Source: an uncultured delta proteobacterium
GTDB lineage: Bacteria; Desulfobacterota; Desulfuromonadia; Geobacterales; Pseudopelobacteraceae
DNA length: 64,000 bases
Assembly: GCA_963772835.1 (NCBI GenBank)
Contig: CAVYYZ010000009.1
Span: 32,001 to 96,000 of the forward strand
Direction: 5' to 3'
Below the pieces are notes generated by a model. That model saw only the letters and a list, made by a program, of their open reading frames with translations. It searched no databases and was not told the origin of the DNA. Below are positions 20,650 through 31,420 of the stretch, piece by piece (within the stretch, counting starts at the first letter, position 1; every line of letters starts with the position of its first letter). Position numbers and translations under genes: made by a program.

Positions 20650-21522
20650 ATGCCGCAAAAACCTGTACGTTTATGGCCTGATTCGGCAACCATTCTGGAG
20701 CGCTCCCGGGCTGTTTTCTTTGCACGATGGGGAGAGTTGCTTCAATTAAGACGCGCGGTCATAAAATCATCCAACCTGGATGACATCCATGACCTGCGGA
20801 TTGCATCGCGCCGTTTCAGAGCTGTACTGGAGCTCTTTTATCCGTTTCTGCCGAAAGGCCCAAGGGCCGAACTGCGGAGACACGTCCGAAAACTGACACA
20901 GGTTCTGGGCGGTCTGCGCAATATAGATGAGGCGGTACTTTTCTTTCAGGCGCGAGTCAAGGCTGATGTTTCAGCCGATACGACATTGATGAAAGCGCTT
21001 TCCAGTTTGCGTCCCGGAGAATTGAAGCGGATAGAAAAGATACTCAAACATTTCGATCACCGCACTCTTGACCGGATGGTGCGGGAGATGGTTTCAGAAG
21101 TGAATGAGCTGTCCATCACTCAGCGGAACAGTGTCTCTCTTCTGGCATATTTCTCCGATGTGTCAATCAGGCAGTACCTGCCGGTTCACCGGTTGCTTGC
21201 CGTTGCTGTTGCGCCCCGGCATCGTACATCACGCCACGCCCTGCGGATTGCGATAAAAAAATGGCGCTATTTTTTCGAGATTATCGAAACGATCCTGGAC
21301 CGGGAATACACCCCGGTTCTGGAACTGCTCAAAGAATACCAGTCGATCCTGGGAAGGATGAATGATATTTCCGAGTTTGAGCTGCTGCTCCGTAACCTGA
21401 AACTGACTCCGGATGAGCGAGAGTACGCTGAAGGGATCCTTCTGTCAGAAGATGCTCTCTTACTGGAGAGCTTTACAGAACTTAAAGAGCGAAAACCGCT
21501 TACCTACACATTCCTGATATAA
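20650..21522 (+). CDS. CHAD-domain polyphosphate-binding protein
   Basis: IHDLRIASRRFR, LGGLRNID, HALRIAIKKWRY, LGRMND; start codon uncertain. Confidence 0.88.
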   Translation: MPQKPVRLWPDSATILERSRAVFFARWGELLQLRRAVIKSSNLDDIHDLRIASRRFRAVLELFYPFLPKGPRAELRRHVRKLTQVLGGLRNIDEAVLFFQARVKADVSADTTLMKALSSLRPGELKRIEKILKHFDHRTLDRMVREMVSEVNELSITQRNSVSLLAYFSDVSIRQYLPVHRLLAVAVAPRHRTSRHALRIAIKKWRYFFEIIETILDREYTPVLELLKEYQSILGRMNDISEFELLLRNLKLTPDEREYAEGILLSEDALLLESFTELKERKPLTYTFLI

Positions 21523-21530
21523 GAGGACAC

Positions 21531-23060
21531 ATGAAAAAGCCGCGTATCGCCGCTATAGATATTGGTTCCAACTCCATTCGCTGCATTATTGCCGAAGCCT
21601 CCAAAGAGGGCACCTTCAAGATACTGGATGATGAGAAGACAACGGTGCGTCTCGGGGAACGGCTTGCAATAACCGGAATAATCTCTGAAGAGGCTTCGAA
21701 TCGGGCTATTGAAGCCATCCGGCGTTTTCAAAAACTCTTGGCCGGACTGAATGTCGAAGCGGTCGAGGCAGTGGCGACCAGCGCAGTCAGAAGCGCAGCC
21801 AACGGCAAGGAGCTGGTTGCATTGCTCTCGAAGGAATTGGGACACCCGATTACGATCATTTCCGGTGAAGAAGAAGCCGAACTGACGTCAACGTCGGCCC
21901 TGGCCAACTTTGATATGTACGGGAAACGCTATGCCATGATCGATATCGGTGGGGGAAGTGTCGAAATCGTTACGGCCTATGGAAACCATGTGGAAGAATT
22001 TTATTCCTTCGACCTTGGTGCGGTTGTCATGACCGACCGTTTTCTGACCAGGGACCCGATTGATGAGAACGAACTGCGCAAACTCCGGGGATATATACGT
22101 GGAAGTCTCAAGCGCGCCTTCGCCGGTAAAAAGATATCCGTTGATACTTTGATCGGCTCGGGCGGGACCCTGACAGCGATCGGTTGCATGGCCATGCAGA
22201 TGCGCAAGGACAACTACGTGTCCATACATGGGTCCGAGGTACTGCATGCTGAAGTTGTCCACCTTCTGGCAATGTTGATCCACAGGGATCTGAAAGGGCG
22301 CCGGACGATTCCGGGGCTTAACCAGGACCGGGCCGACATTATAGTGGCTGGTGTGGTCCTGGTCGATGAACTGATGCGTTTTCTTGACGCCAATCGGATT
22401 CTGGTCAATGAGCGGGGTATCCGCGAGGGTCTTCTTATCGGGGCGATGAAACGACTGGGGATAGCATCCGGAAATAACAATCAGCCGACCTGGAAAGATG
22501 CAATCAAGGATTTTGCCCGTTCCTGCCACGTTGACGAGCAACACGCTGCACACGTGGCAGACATGGCGCTTTCGATTTTTGACTCGTTGGCTCTTCCCTT
22601 CGGACTCAAGACGACTGAGAGAAAACTTCTTGAAGCGGCAGCGATTCTCCACGACAGCGGATATTTCATCAGTTACGGCAGTCATCACAAACATTCATAC
22701 CATCTCATCCGCCACGCCGAGCTGTTCGGTTTCACCCCGCGCGAACGGGAGTTGATAGCACAGATTGCGCGCTATCACCGGAAATCACTCCCCAAACGGA
22801 AACATGCCGCCTTCCAGGGCCTCAAGGAAAAGGATCAAATTGCGGTTGCTCGCATGGGCGGCATTCTGCGTCTGGCTGACGGGCTCGACCGGCGCAGAAT
22901 CGGCCTGGTTCAGAATACTTTCTGCCTGTTTGCCGGCACTACCGTAACAATCCAATTGACAGCAGCAGAAGACATTTCGGTGGAAATTTTTGGAGCCAAC
23001 GCCAAGAAAGATCTTTTTGAAAAAGCCTTCGGCAGTTCGGTTGTCTTTGCGACCTCATGA
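21531..23060 (+). CDS. ppx: Exopolyphosphatase Ppx/GppA with HD domain
   Basis: IDIGSNS, VATSAVR, DIGGGS, GIREG, ILHD, ARYHRK. Confidence 0.94.
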   Translation: MKKPRIAAIDIGSNSIRCIIAEASKEGTFKILDDEKTTVRLGERLAITGIISEEASNRAIEAIRRFQKLLAGLNVEAVEAVATSAVRSAANGKELVALLSKELGHPITIISGEEEAELTSTSALANFDMYGKRYAMIDIGGGSVEIVTAYGNHVEEFYSFDLGAVVMTDRFLTRDPIDENELRKLRGYIRGSLKRAFAGKKISVDTLIGSGGTLTAIGCMAMQMRKDNYVSIHGSEVLHAEVVHLLAMLIHRDLKGRRTIPGLNQDRADIIVAGVVLVDELMRFLDANRILVNERGIREGLLIGAMKRLGIASGNNNQPTWKDAIKDFARSCHVDEQHAAHVADMALSIFDSLALPFGLKTTERKLLEAAAILHDSGYFISYGSHHKHSYHLIRHAELFGFTPRERELIAQIARYHRKSLPKRKHAAFQGLKEKDQIAVARMGGILRLADGLDRRRIGLVQNTFCLFAGTTVTIQLTAAEDISVEIFGANAKKDLFEKAFGSSVVFATS

Positions 23061-23224
23061 TCACATCCTTTTTAGTTCAATTTCTGTATTCACCATCAGA
23101 CTGTCACAATTTCTTTGCCTACATGTAACGCCACCCCTCTTTAAATCCGTGTAACATAGCGTCTGCAATCGGCATCCTGTTATCTGCTCATTATCGCCGT
23201 AATGCTGAGAGAGGTTCTACCTAT

Positions 23225-25951
23225 ATGCATGCAGCAACCAGCAGTAACAGTTTATTGCCTGTCACTAAGCTCTCCCCCGGCAGGATTGCACTGTTGTATT
23301 TGCTTATCGGGATCGTATGGATACTCTGTTCAGACAGTGTAGCCGCATGGTTTGTAAGGGATATGCGCCAGTTTGAACATATTGCTATCATAAAGGGAAT
23401 TCTTTTCATTATCGCAACTGCTTGTTTGATGTATCTGCTGAACCGCTCGTATGCCCGGCAACTACAGCCATTGCAGGAAACATTTCATCTGGCCGAGCAG
23501 GAGATAATAAAACTTGCCTACTACGACCGTGAGACCGGTCTGCCCAACCACAACCTGCTGCTTGACCGGTTGAATCAGGTCATTGCATTCAACAGCCGCA
23601 AACGGAATAATACGGCTGTCATATACATCAGTTTGACCGGTTTCAAGGCTGTTGTTGATGTACGCGGGCATAGTGGCGGGTGCGAGGTGGTAAGCGCCAT
23701 CGCCGAACTTCTGGTTTCAACAGTACGTCACTACGATACGGTCGCCCGCATCCATCGTGATGAATTCGTACTCGTACTGGGTGGATCCGTACTTGAAGCG
23801 GATGTCACCATGATCCTGAACAAGCTGCAGAAGATCTTCTCCTCGCCGATCAAAGTGGGGACAGATGAAACGTTGATTCCTGCCTGTTTCGGTGTTGCCT
23901 GTTTTCCGGCAGACGGTGTGACCAGTGAACTGCTTCTTCAACATGCCCATATTGCCATGAATCAGGCACGCCAGAATGGCGTGACGTTCCAGTATTATTC
24001 AGAAGAGCTCAATCAGAAGGCTGTCGATCGCCTCAGTATTGAGACCGGTCTGCTGCGCGCCCTGGACGATGGCGAATTTTTCCTCTGTTATCAACCCAAG
24101 ATGGACATCAACGGTACGGATATCATCGGCATGGAGGCGCTTGTGCGCTGGCAGCGCCCCGGCCTCGGAGTAGTCCCGCCTGACAGGTTTATACCCGTAG
24201 CGGAAGAGAGCGGCCTGATCGTGCGACTGGGGTCATGGGTATTGCGGGAAGCCTGCCGGCAGAACAGAGCGTGGCAGGAGGCCGGGTTGCCGAAACTCAA
24301 AGTCGCCGTCAATCTCTCCGCCCGCCAGCTTCGGGACAACGCCTTCGTGCCTCTCGTAGTGCAGACCCTCGAAGAGACCGGACTGGATCCTCGCTACCTC
24401 GAATTGGAACTGACCGAAAGTGCGCTGATGGGAGATACCGGCGATACTGTCTGCAAGCTCCTTCGACTGAAAGAGCTGGGCATCAGCATCTCGGTCGATG
24501 ACTTTGGCACCGGTTACTCTTCACTCTCATACCTCAAGCATCTCCCGATTGATACCATCAAGGTTGACCGTTCGTTTGTCCGCGATATTGTTAATGATCC
24601 TGACGATGCGGCGATCGTGGATGCGATTGTTGCCATGGCCCACTCACTTAAGCTGAATGTAATTGCAGAAGGGGTAGAGACGCTTGAACAGCTTGATTTT
24701 CTACGGCAGCGGAACTGTCAGCAGGCCCAGGGGTACTATTTTGCCCGGCCGCTCGATCCTCTGCAGTTTGAAGCGTTTATAGCTCAAGGCATGCCGGTCG
24801 GTGATGTGTCAATTTCCACACCTGATGTGCCTCCCGTTATCACCAGTGTAAGAACAGTGCCCGGCATGAAAGAATTCATTCCACCGGATACCGGAAGCAA
24901 TCAGGAGACCGCAGCACTTACCATCGAGTATATCGGTGACATATCCATCCCGGTCCAGCCTGCACACCCCGGCGACAACCTTGCTGCTGTTCTTAAGCGA
25001 TTTCAAAGTGAGGCAACCCTCCTGGTGCTACCGGTGGTGGATAACGGTCGCGCAGTCGGAATTATCAACCGATCGACCTTTCTGGAAGAGCATGTCATCG
25101 GTATGAACGGTTTCGGCTTCCACATCAATCACTCAAGGAAGATGCGCGACCTGATGGCTCCGGTGATGCTGGCACTCGAAACACATGTCAGCATCAGAGA
25201 CGCTGCCCAGGCAATCCATTCTCAGGAGATGGATGTCCGGGTGGATAATATCTGTGTTACCAGAGGCGGAAACTATCACGGAGTTGTGGATGTCAATCGT
25301 TTCATAAGTGCCATCACAGATATCAATCTGACGCTGGCCAAAGGTGCAAATCCCCTGACCGGAATGCCCGGCAACGAGAGCATTCAGCGCGAAATAAATG
25401 AGCGGCTCAGGATGGGTGAGGGCTTCGACATCGCCTACATCGATATCGACAATTTCAAACCCTACAACGATTATTACGGATTTCAACGGGGGGACGAGGT
25501 TATTAAGGCGATCGGGAAAATCATCTCAGACGTGATCCTTCAGACTGATGACCAGTTTTCCTGCTTTTGCGGACATATTGGCGGTGATGACTTTATCATT
25601 ATTACCGGTGCACACCATGCAGAGTATATTGCATCACAGGTTATCAAAACGCTTGAACAACATTTGCCGCTGTTCCACGGTGAAATTGATTTTCCGGCAG
25701 GATGTTACAGTGCTGTTAACCGCAAGGGTGAACTGGAAACATTCGGTCTGCTCTCGCTTTCAATCGGAATCGTCAATTCACGATTGACCCCGGTTACTTC
25801 GTACGCCCAATTGGCTTCGATTTCCACCGAAGTCAAAAAGGCCGCAAAAAAACTGCCGGGATCATCTGTCGTTATCAATAGAAGGACCCGTGAGGACCAC
25901 GAACTGGCGGGACGGGTTAATAACATTACCGAAGCGGATACACCTGCATGA
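23225..25951 (+). CDS. Membrane-anchored c-di-GMP protein: 2 TM, degenerate GGDEF, EAL, CBS pair, GGDEF
   Basis: First cyclase motif is HRDEF; EAL domain has EALVRW, DDFGTGYSS, EGVE; C-terminal DIDNFK..ND..G...GD and GGDDF. Confidence 0.88.
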   Translation: MHAATSSNSLLPVTKLSPGRIALLYLLIGIVWILCSDSVAAWFVRDMRQFEHIAIIKGILFIIATACLMYLLNRSYARQLQPLQETFHLAEQEIIKLAYYDRETGLPNHNLLLDRLNQVIAFNSRKRNNTAVIYISLTGFKAVVDVRGHSGGCEVVSAIAELLVSTVRHYDTVARIHRDEFVLVLGGSVLEADVTMILNKLQKIFSSPIKVGTDETLIPACFGVACFPADGVTSELLLQHAHIAMNQARQNGVTFQYYSEELNQKAVDRLSIETGLLRALDDGEFFLCYQPKMDINGTDIIGMEALVRWQRPGLGVVPPDRFIPVAEESGLIVRLGSWVLREACRQNRAWQEAGLPKLKVAVNLSARQLRDNAFVPLVVQTLEETGLDPRYLELELTESALMGDTGDTVCKLLRLKELGISISVDDFGTGYSSLSYLKHLPIDTIKVDRSFVRDIVNDPDDAAIVDAIVAMAHSLKLNVIAEGVETLEQLDFLRQRNCQQAQGYYFARPLDPLQFEAFIAQGMPVGDVSISTPDVPPVITSVRTVPGMKEFIPPDTGSNQETAALTIEYIGDISIPVQPAHPGDNLAAVLKRFQSEATLLVLPVVDNGRAVGIINRSTFLEEHVIGMNGFGFHINHSRKMRDLMAPVMLALETHVSIRDAAQAIHSQEMDVRVDNICVTRGGNYHGVVDVNRFISAITDINLTLAKGANPLTGMPGNESIQREINERLRMGEGFDIAYIDIDNFKPYNDYYGFQRGDEVIKAIGKIISDVILQTDDQFSCFCGHIGGDDFIIITGAHHAEYIASQVIKTLEQHLPLFHGEIDFPAGCYSAVNRKGELETFGLLSLSIGIVNSRLTPVTSYAQLASISTEVKKAAKKLPGSSVVINRRTREDHELAGRVNNITEADTPA

Positions 25952-26150
25952 CTTCAATTTTAAACTCAGGATCATTATGCAGAATGGCCTCCAATTCGCG
26001 AGCCATTTTTTCACGGAATTGAGGGTCGTTATCTTGGCTCAATTGCAACACCAGTTCCTCCCATTGATGTCTGATAAAAGGTTTTTCCTTGTGAGCATTC
26101 AAGGCTGCCACGGCTGTCTTGATCTGTTGATGACTGTATTCGCCTACCAT
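25926..26150 (-). CDS. Hypothetical protein (74 aa)
   Basis: GGGAG RBS; last gene of the ppk1 operon, overlapping the 3' end of the convergent gene by 26 bp. Confidence 0.6.
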   Translation of the reverse strand: MVGEYSHQQIKTAVAALNAHKEKPFIRHQWEELVLQLSQDNDPQFREKMARELEAILHNDPEFKIEVMQVYPLR

Positions 26151-26161
26151 AATATTCTCCC

Positions 26162-26341
26162 TTATACGCAAGCTTTGCGCCACAAGCAGGTATTCTGCCC
26201 GCAATTTTCTGCCGTGCCGGTTTCAAAACAGACTTCATTGTTTTCGGCCTCCTGGACGGCCCTCACCAGATCGACTTTTTTCAGTTTAGCTGCCTTGATA
26301 TTGTGCTGTTTTGCAATTTGCTTAATTTCTTCCAGCTTCAT
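26162..26341 (-). CDS. 59-aa SAP/Rho-N-like microprotein with four C-terminal cysteines (absent from the ORF track)
   Basis: AAGGAGG RBS; MKLEEIKQIAKQHNIKAAKLKKVDLVRAVQEAENNEVCFETGTAENCGQNTCLWRKACV. Confidence 0.82.
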   Translation of the reverse strand: MKLEEIKQIAKQHNIKAAKLKKVDLVRAVQEAENNEVCFETGTAENCGQNTCLWRKACV

Positions 26342-26365
26342 TGTGTCCTCCTTTTTTTTGAGTTC

Positions 26366-28543
26366 CTACTCAGGGTCAGATTGATCCTGACGCAAGTGTT
26401 TTATTTTTTTTCTTTTCCGATACTGCATAACTCTTTTTTCTGCATGCTCAATCAATTGGCAATGGCTACCGCCCGCCGGAATGCCAGAATCCGGCGGAAT
26501 TCTCTGGAGGTAGTTCCCATCCGGCATCATATCCCACGCTGAGCATGTGTCATTCAGGTGGACATTCAGAATAGATCGAATCTCATGAGTAAGTGCCGGA
26601 GTCTCCACCGGACAGAGCACCTCTACCCTGGCTTCAAGATTGCGTTTCATGGCGTCGGCCGAAGAAATGAAATATTCTTCAGACCCGCCGTTTCTGAAAT
26701 AGTAGATTCGTGAATGTTCAAGAAACCGCCCGACAATACTGATGACGCGTATTGTCTCGGATAATCCGGGTATGGCAGGGCGAAGACGGCAGGTATCGCG
26801 CACAATCAGGTCGATGACGACACCGGCTTGAGAAGCCAGATAAAGAGCCTTGACAATGTCCCCATCTTCCAGAGCGTTTATCTTGAACTGAATCAGACCA
26901 CCGCCACTTTCCCGGTGCAGCTCCGTTTCTCGCTCAATTTTTGCCAGTAGCGCTTTTTTAAGAAAACGGGGAGCAGTCAGCAATCGGGAATATTTTCTTC
27001 GGGGTTTAAACCCGGTGGTAAGATAATTGAACAGCTCGGTCACGTCATTGCCAAGTGCCTCACTACAGCTCAGGAACCCGATATCAGTATAGATACGGGC
27101 CGTGTCAGCATGGTAATTGCCGGTCCCTATATGAACATAGCGCCGCAGCGCGTTGAAGTCCCGCCGAACTATCATGATTACCTTGCAATGGGTCTTAAGT
27201 CCGACTACACCGTAGGTGACATGGATACCGGCCTGTTCCATAAGTTCGGCCAGACGTATATTGGCGGCTTCATCGAATCTCGCTTTCAGCTCCACTACCA
27301 CCGCCACCTGTTTTCCGTTTTGGGCAGCCACTATCAGAGCGTCTATGATGCGGCTCTGGCTTGAAGTACGGTAGAGAGTCATCTTGATGCCAAGCACCTT
27401 GGGATCGTCTGCGGCATCTCGTAGAAAACGCTCAACTGAAGATGAAAATGATTCATAGGGATGCTGAAGCAGAATAGATCCGGCATCGCGGATAATGTGA
27501 AAAATATTGCGCGATGATTCCAGAAGCGGATGTACAATCGGATGATGCGGCGGGTCGTGCAGATGCGGATAATCCAACCGGGTCAGCTCGACCATGTCAC
27601 GCATGGCCAACATTCCCGGAGATTCAAAGACATCATCATTTTCATTAATGTTCAATTCCGCTGCAAGTCTCCCCCGTTGAAATGCAGGCATCCCATCAAG
27701 CACTTCCATCCGTACGATGGGTGCAAAGCGCCGCTCCTTCAATTCGGTCTCAATCATTTCCACCAGGTCGTCTGCTTCTTCCTCATCCAACTCCGTATTT
27801 GCGTTGCGTGTTACCCGGAACAGATCACAGCGCATGACCTCCATGCCGGGGAAGAGCATATCAAGATTGCTGCAGAGCAGGTCTTCGAGACATACGAAAC
27901 GGCCTGATTTCTCCGGAATTGGAACGAATCGTGAAGTACCTGCTCCCACCGGCACCTTGACGCGAGCCAACTGCATATCAGATCCTGAATCACTATTCAA
28001 AGTTAGCAGCAGGTTAAGAGACAGATTCGAAATAAAGGGAAACGGATGAGCCGGGTCAATAGACTGGGGTGTCAGTAACGGGTAAATGTTGGTCGCGAAA
28101 TGAATCCGGAGGTTTTTGCGGTCACGAGAGGCCAGATCTTTTATCCGGGAGATGTGAATGCTCTGCCCCTTGAGCAATTCCAGGACCTGCTGCAACAGAT
28201 CAAATTTTCTTTTTTCCAGAAGCCGGATAACTGTGTGACATTCCAATATCTGCCGGTGCGGTGTGAGCCCATCGAGGCTCACATCACGTAAACCGGCGCC
28301 AACCAGCTGTTTGAGTCCGCCAATACGCTTCATAAAGAACTCGTCAAGATTGGCACTGACTATAGCAATGAATTTGAGACGTTCCAGTAGCGGTGTGCGA
28401 TCATCCTCTGCCTCGTGCAGAACGCGACTGTTGAACTCAAGCCAGGTCAGTTCACGGTTAAGATACCAGCATGAATCAGAAAGATTAATCTCTTGGTCAG
28501 ATTTTTTAGCATTTCGTGCTTTTGATGGTGCAGAAGTTGACAT
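26366..28543 (-). CDS. ppk1: Polyphosphate kinase 1
   Basis: NRELTWLEFN.RVL, HPFPFISN, LKARFDE, THCK, GRFLEHSR. Confidence 0.97.
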   Translation of the reverse strand: MSTSAPSKARNAKKSDQEINLSDSCWYLNRELTWLEFNSRVLHEAEDDRTPLLERLKFIAIVSANLDEFFMKRIGGLKQLVGAGLRDVSLDGLTPHRQILECHTVIRLLEKRKFDLLQQVLELLKGQSIHISRIKDLASRDRKNLRIHFATNIYPLLTPQSIDPAHPFPFISNLSLNLLLTLNSDSGSDMQLARVKVPVGAGTSRFVPIPEKSGRFVCLEDLLCSNLDMLFPGMEVMRCDLFRVTRNANTELDEEEADDLVEMIETELKERRFAPIVRMEVLDGMPAFQRGRLAAELNINENDDVFESPGMLAMRDMVELTRLDYPHLHDPPHHPIVHPLLESSRNIFHIIRDAGSILLQHPYESFSSSVERFLRDAADDPKVLGIKMTLYRTSSQSRIIDALIVAAQNGKQVAVVVELKARFDEAANIRLAELMEQAGIHVTYGVVGLKTHCKVIMIVRRDFNALRRYVHIGTGNYHADTARIYTDIGFLSCSEALGNDVTELFNYLTTGFKPRRKYSRLLTAPRFLKKALLAKIERETELHRESGGGLIQFKINALEDGDIVKALYLASQAGVVIDLIVRDTCRLRPAIPGLSETIRVISIVGRFLEHSRIYYFRNGGSEEYFISSADAMKRNLEARVEVLCPVETPALTHEIRSILNVHLNDTCSAWDMMPDGNYLQRIPPDSGIPAGGSHCQLIEHAEKRVMQYRKRKKIKHLRQDQSDPE

Positions 28544-28546
28544 TAA

Positions 28547-30487
28547 CTATATCCCGCCAGCAGTGAAATTATTATCTGAATGGAGTGAATCCGTGTACTG
28601 CTGAGAGTCAAGACGCAGAATAGTACTGTACGTTTGACTACTGGCTGGCATTTTATTACGTGTGAAACTGCGCCGAATTCCCGGCAAGTGTGGAAGCAGT
28701 TTCATCCGTTCAGGTGGCAAGCCACGTACTGCCAATTGTTCTCGGGTACCGACAGACGGCACCAGTACCTCTTCCATCTGGCTGTAAAACCAGATCATGT
28801 AGCTCCAGGCTGCTTTCTCAAGAAACTCATCGTTTGTCAGACTGCGCACATACCGGGGAATATCGGCATGATAGGTGCCGGCTATGGGAATATTCATCAT
28901 ACGGGCAATCAGTAGGCCGAGCAACCCCACAGTCCCGGGGGTACTGATATGGATCCGGGTGAAACCTTCTCGCTCGATATAATCCATTACATCCAGAATC
29001 GGAGGAAAATTGAGTTTCAGCTCTGGATATTCCGGCAGCACAAAATCGCCAACGGACGGGAACTTTTTCACCCCTTCAATCGCATCGTCTCCTCCATCGC
29101 CTGCAGTGATTACCGTCAGCTCAACCCCGCGGTTCCGGGCAGCACTGATCAGGCGCTTGATGGTAAGAGCAACACCGTTGATTTCATCCAGCGTGTCGGT
29201 AAACAGGGCAATCTTTTCCGGGACTTCTTTGATATGCATTTCAGGCAGCGCTTTTGTGAGATCCCGTATCAGTTCTTTCCCTTTGTGCTGATGGTGAAAG
29301 GCCAGGTAGTACGGAGAAATAAGGGTGTGAATCAGCCCTATGCTGCCGGCAGTGTTGAGATAATCAAAGAAACCGGCGTTTACAGGCAACGTCATGAGGC
29401 GGTTGGTATAATGGAAAATCAGGCGATTCGCCAGACGACTGGTAACCGCAAAAATCTTGCGGTTACTGTCTGAATCACTGATGCCCGATATGAACTGGCT
29501 GTCACCAAGCAGAAGCCGTGCTTCAGAGTCGAGGATCTCTTCAAAACTTTTTCCCGTATGATTGCGTGAAGCGGGCAGGTTTTTGAGAATAAAAAGGCGG
29601 ATCTTGTCAATGAATGAACCCTTGTCTTCGCCGATGTTGAAAAAGCGGTCAAGAAGAGCACTGACAAAAGGGGTGGCACCGCTCCGACGCTGGCCCAAAC
29701 GCTCCCGGTAGAAACTGTGGGCAATACCGTACAGGCTGTGGGCCATGGTCAGCGGTCCGCCATCCTCGCCATCGGCCCAACTGTCTCCACTCCTGATAGC
29801 ATCAATAAAGCTGTCGATTGTCGGAGTATCATAAACGGTGGTGTGAGCCCTTGCGATGAACAGGCCGCTATGGTCATCCGAACCTCCGACGACACCCTTT
29901 ACCCAGGGAATGCAGCCGTATGGCTGCAGATCATATGTATTGGACAATCGCTCGATGACCGCTTCGTTCAAAGAGGAAACCAGGCGTTTGGTGAAGCCGT
30001 TGAAACGGTGTGCCCGGCATCCGTTCTTGATTTCAAAGGTCGTAAAGAGCAGCAGTGACCGTTCCATGATTTCAAGGTTCAATCTTTCGTTCTGGGCGTA
30101 GAGGGGGTGAGCGAGGAAATGGGTAATCTGTTCCGAATGAAGGTACGCGACCAGTTCGTAGATGTTTTTCCGCAGCGCCATGATCAACTGGAATTGCCCC
30201 TCGGAGATGTGGAGCACCACAACATGCACTTTGCAGCCGTTTTCTGGGAAATGGGCCGTGATCTCGGAGCTGATGAAGGCTTTATCAAGGTGAGCTATCT
30301 CAAGTGCTCCGTTGATGGCGTTGTGGTCGGTAATGGTAACGAAATCCATGCCCCGCTCACGCGCGACCCGGTACAGCTGTTTGGGAGATGTGTAACTCTC
30401 CGGGACACTGAACTTGCGCATGGCCCAGTATGTGGGTTTGTTGGAATGGCTGGAATGAACATGCAAGTCCGCTTTGTATGGGTTCAT
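28547..30487 (-). pseudogene. PHP domain fused to a GT4 glycosyltransferase N-domain; C-terminal GT4 domain missing
   Basis: DLHVHS, TDHN, AHP, GGSDDH (PHP); FTDTLDEINGV, HISTPG, TYH (GT4-N). The frame then runs into about 50 unrelated residues and stops 3 nt before ppk1. Confidence 0.7.
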
Positions 30488-30493
30488 GATTAT

Positions 30494-30550
30494 AAGATAT
30501 ATCATGCTAATGTTACAGGAATGTTGAGGTTGTGTAATTGTTGTGTAGAA
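30494..30550 (-). promoter_or_regulatory. Pho-box-like promoter of the PHP-GT4/ppk1 operon
   Basis: TTCTACA/AATTACA/CTCAACA/TGTAACA at 11-bp period, then TATCTT. Confidence 0.65.
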
Positions 30551-30655
30551 ATACCGGCTGCGGCGTGCCGGTGTGTGCGCGGGAGCAGAGCAAATGAAGT
30601 TGTGACCATATTGTAACTTGTCAAACTCCTCCCCATGAATCATATGGTTGAACAT

Positions 30656-31402
30656 ATGCAAAACAAAAAAAAAGAACGTATCCTCAGTTGCTGCCGGCGT
30701 CTGATATGTGCCGTGTGGCTCTGTCTGCTGCCGGCAGTTATACAGTCAGCAGAGAACGCCACAATAACGGTGGTGCACTACACGGTTTCTTCAATGGGTT
30801 TTACAATCGGTGACGTGACCACCACCCAGCGCATGACGAAAGAAGGCGATGTGCCCGGAGTTCACTTCGAAACCAAAGCCGCAATCAATGCATCATTTTT
30901 GTGGATGGGTTACCACCAGGAAACCGTTGAGAAGGGAGCTCTCCAGAGAGGTGAACTGGTCAGATACTCTCACAAGGGGAAGGAAAACGGCACAATGCTG
31001 GATGTCGAAGGGCGACTCGAACATGCGGTTTTTCGCTTCGATATACGCAAACAGGGAACGGAGCGTATTGTTGTCATACCCCGCAGCAGCTACGACTACA
31101 CCACGATGGAGTGCCCCGAAGCACGGATTGACTTTTCCGGAAAAACGATGGTCACGCTGAGGATTCTGGATGTGGAAAAAATGGCCGTGGTGAAGCGGGA
31201 TTACCGCCTTTTCGGTAACACCAGCTATGAGGTCGCCGGGAAAGAGTACCCCTGCCGTATCATCGATTTTTCGGACCAGAACAAAAAGGCCCGGCGCTGG
31301 ATTGCATGGGATGGGACTACTGTTGTAATGTACCGTCAGGACAGCACAGGAGAGAAAAATTCATATTCCGTTCAGGCTACGTCGGTGATCAAGAATATGT
31401 AG
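30656..31402 (+). CDS. Exported beta-rich hypothetical protein
   Basis: Basic N-region plus hydrophobic signal; repeated beta-strand pattern; start uncertain (30635/30644/30656). Confidence 0.7.
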   Translation: MQNKKKERILSCCRRLICAVWLCLLPAVIQSAENATITVVHYTVSSMGFTIGDVTTTQRMTKEGDVPGVHFETKAAINASFLWMGYHQETVEKGALQRGELVRYSHKGKENGTMLDVEGRLEHAVFRFDIRKQGTERIVVIPRSSYDYTTMECPEARIDFSGKTMVTLRILDVEKMAVVKRDYRLFGNTSYEVAGKEYPCRIIDFSDQNKKARRWIAWDGTTVVMYRQDSTGEKNSYSVQATSVIKNM

Positions 31403-31420
31403 GCCGATCGGTTCAAATGG

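Noticed and set aside
23500..25900. Possible Hypr-type (cGAMP-making) GGDEF to pair with the riboswitch
   Set aside because: The active-looking domain keeps Asp in GFQRGD (c-di-GMP type), and the other domain is degenerate (HRDEF).
30601..30618. Extra Pho-like pair TGTGACC-N4-TGTAACT
   Set aside because: Orientation is ambiguous and no good -10 element lies at the expected spacing.
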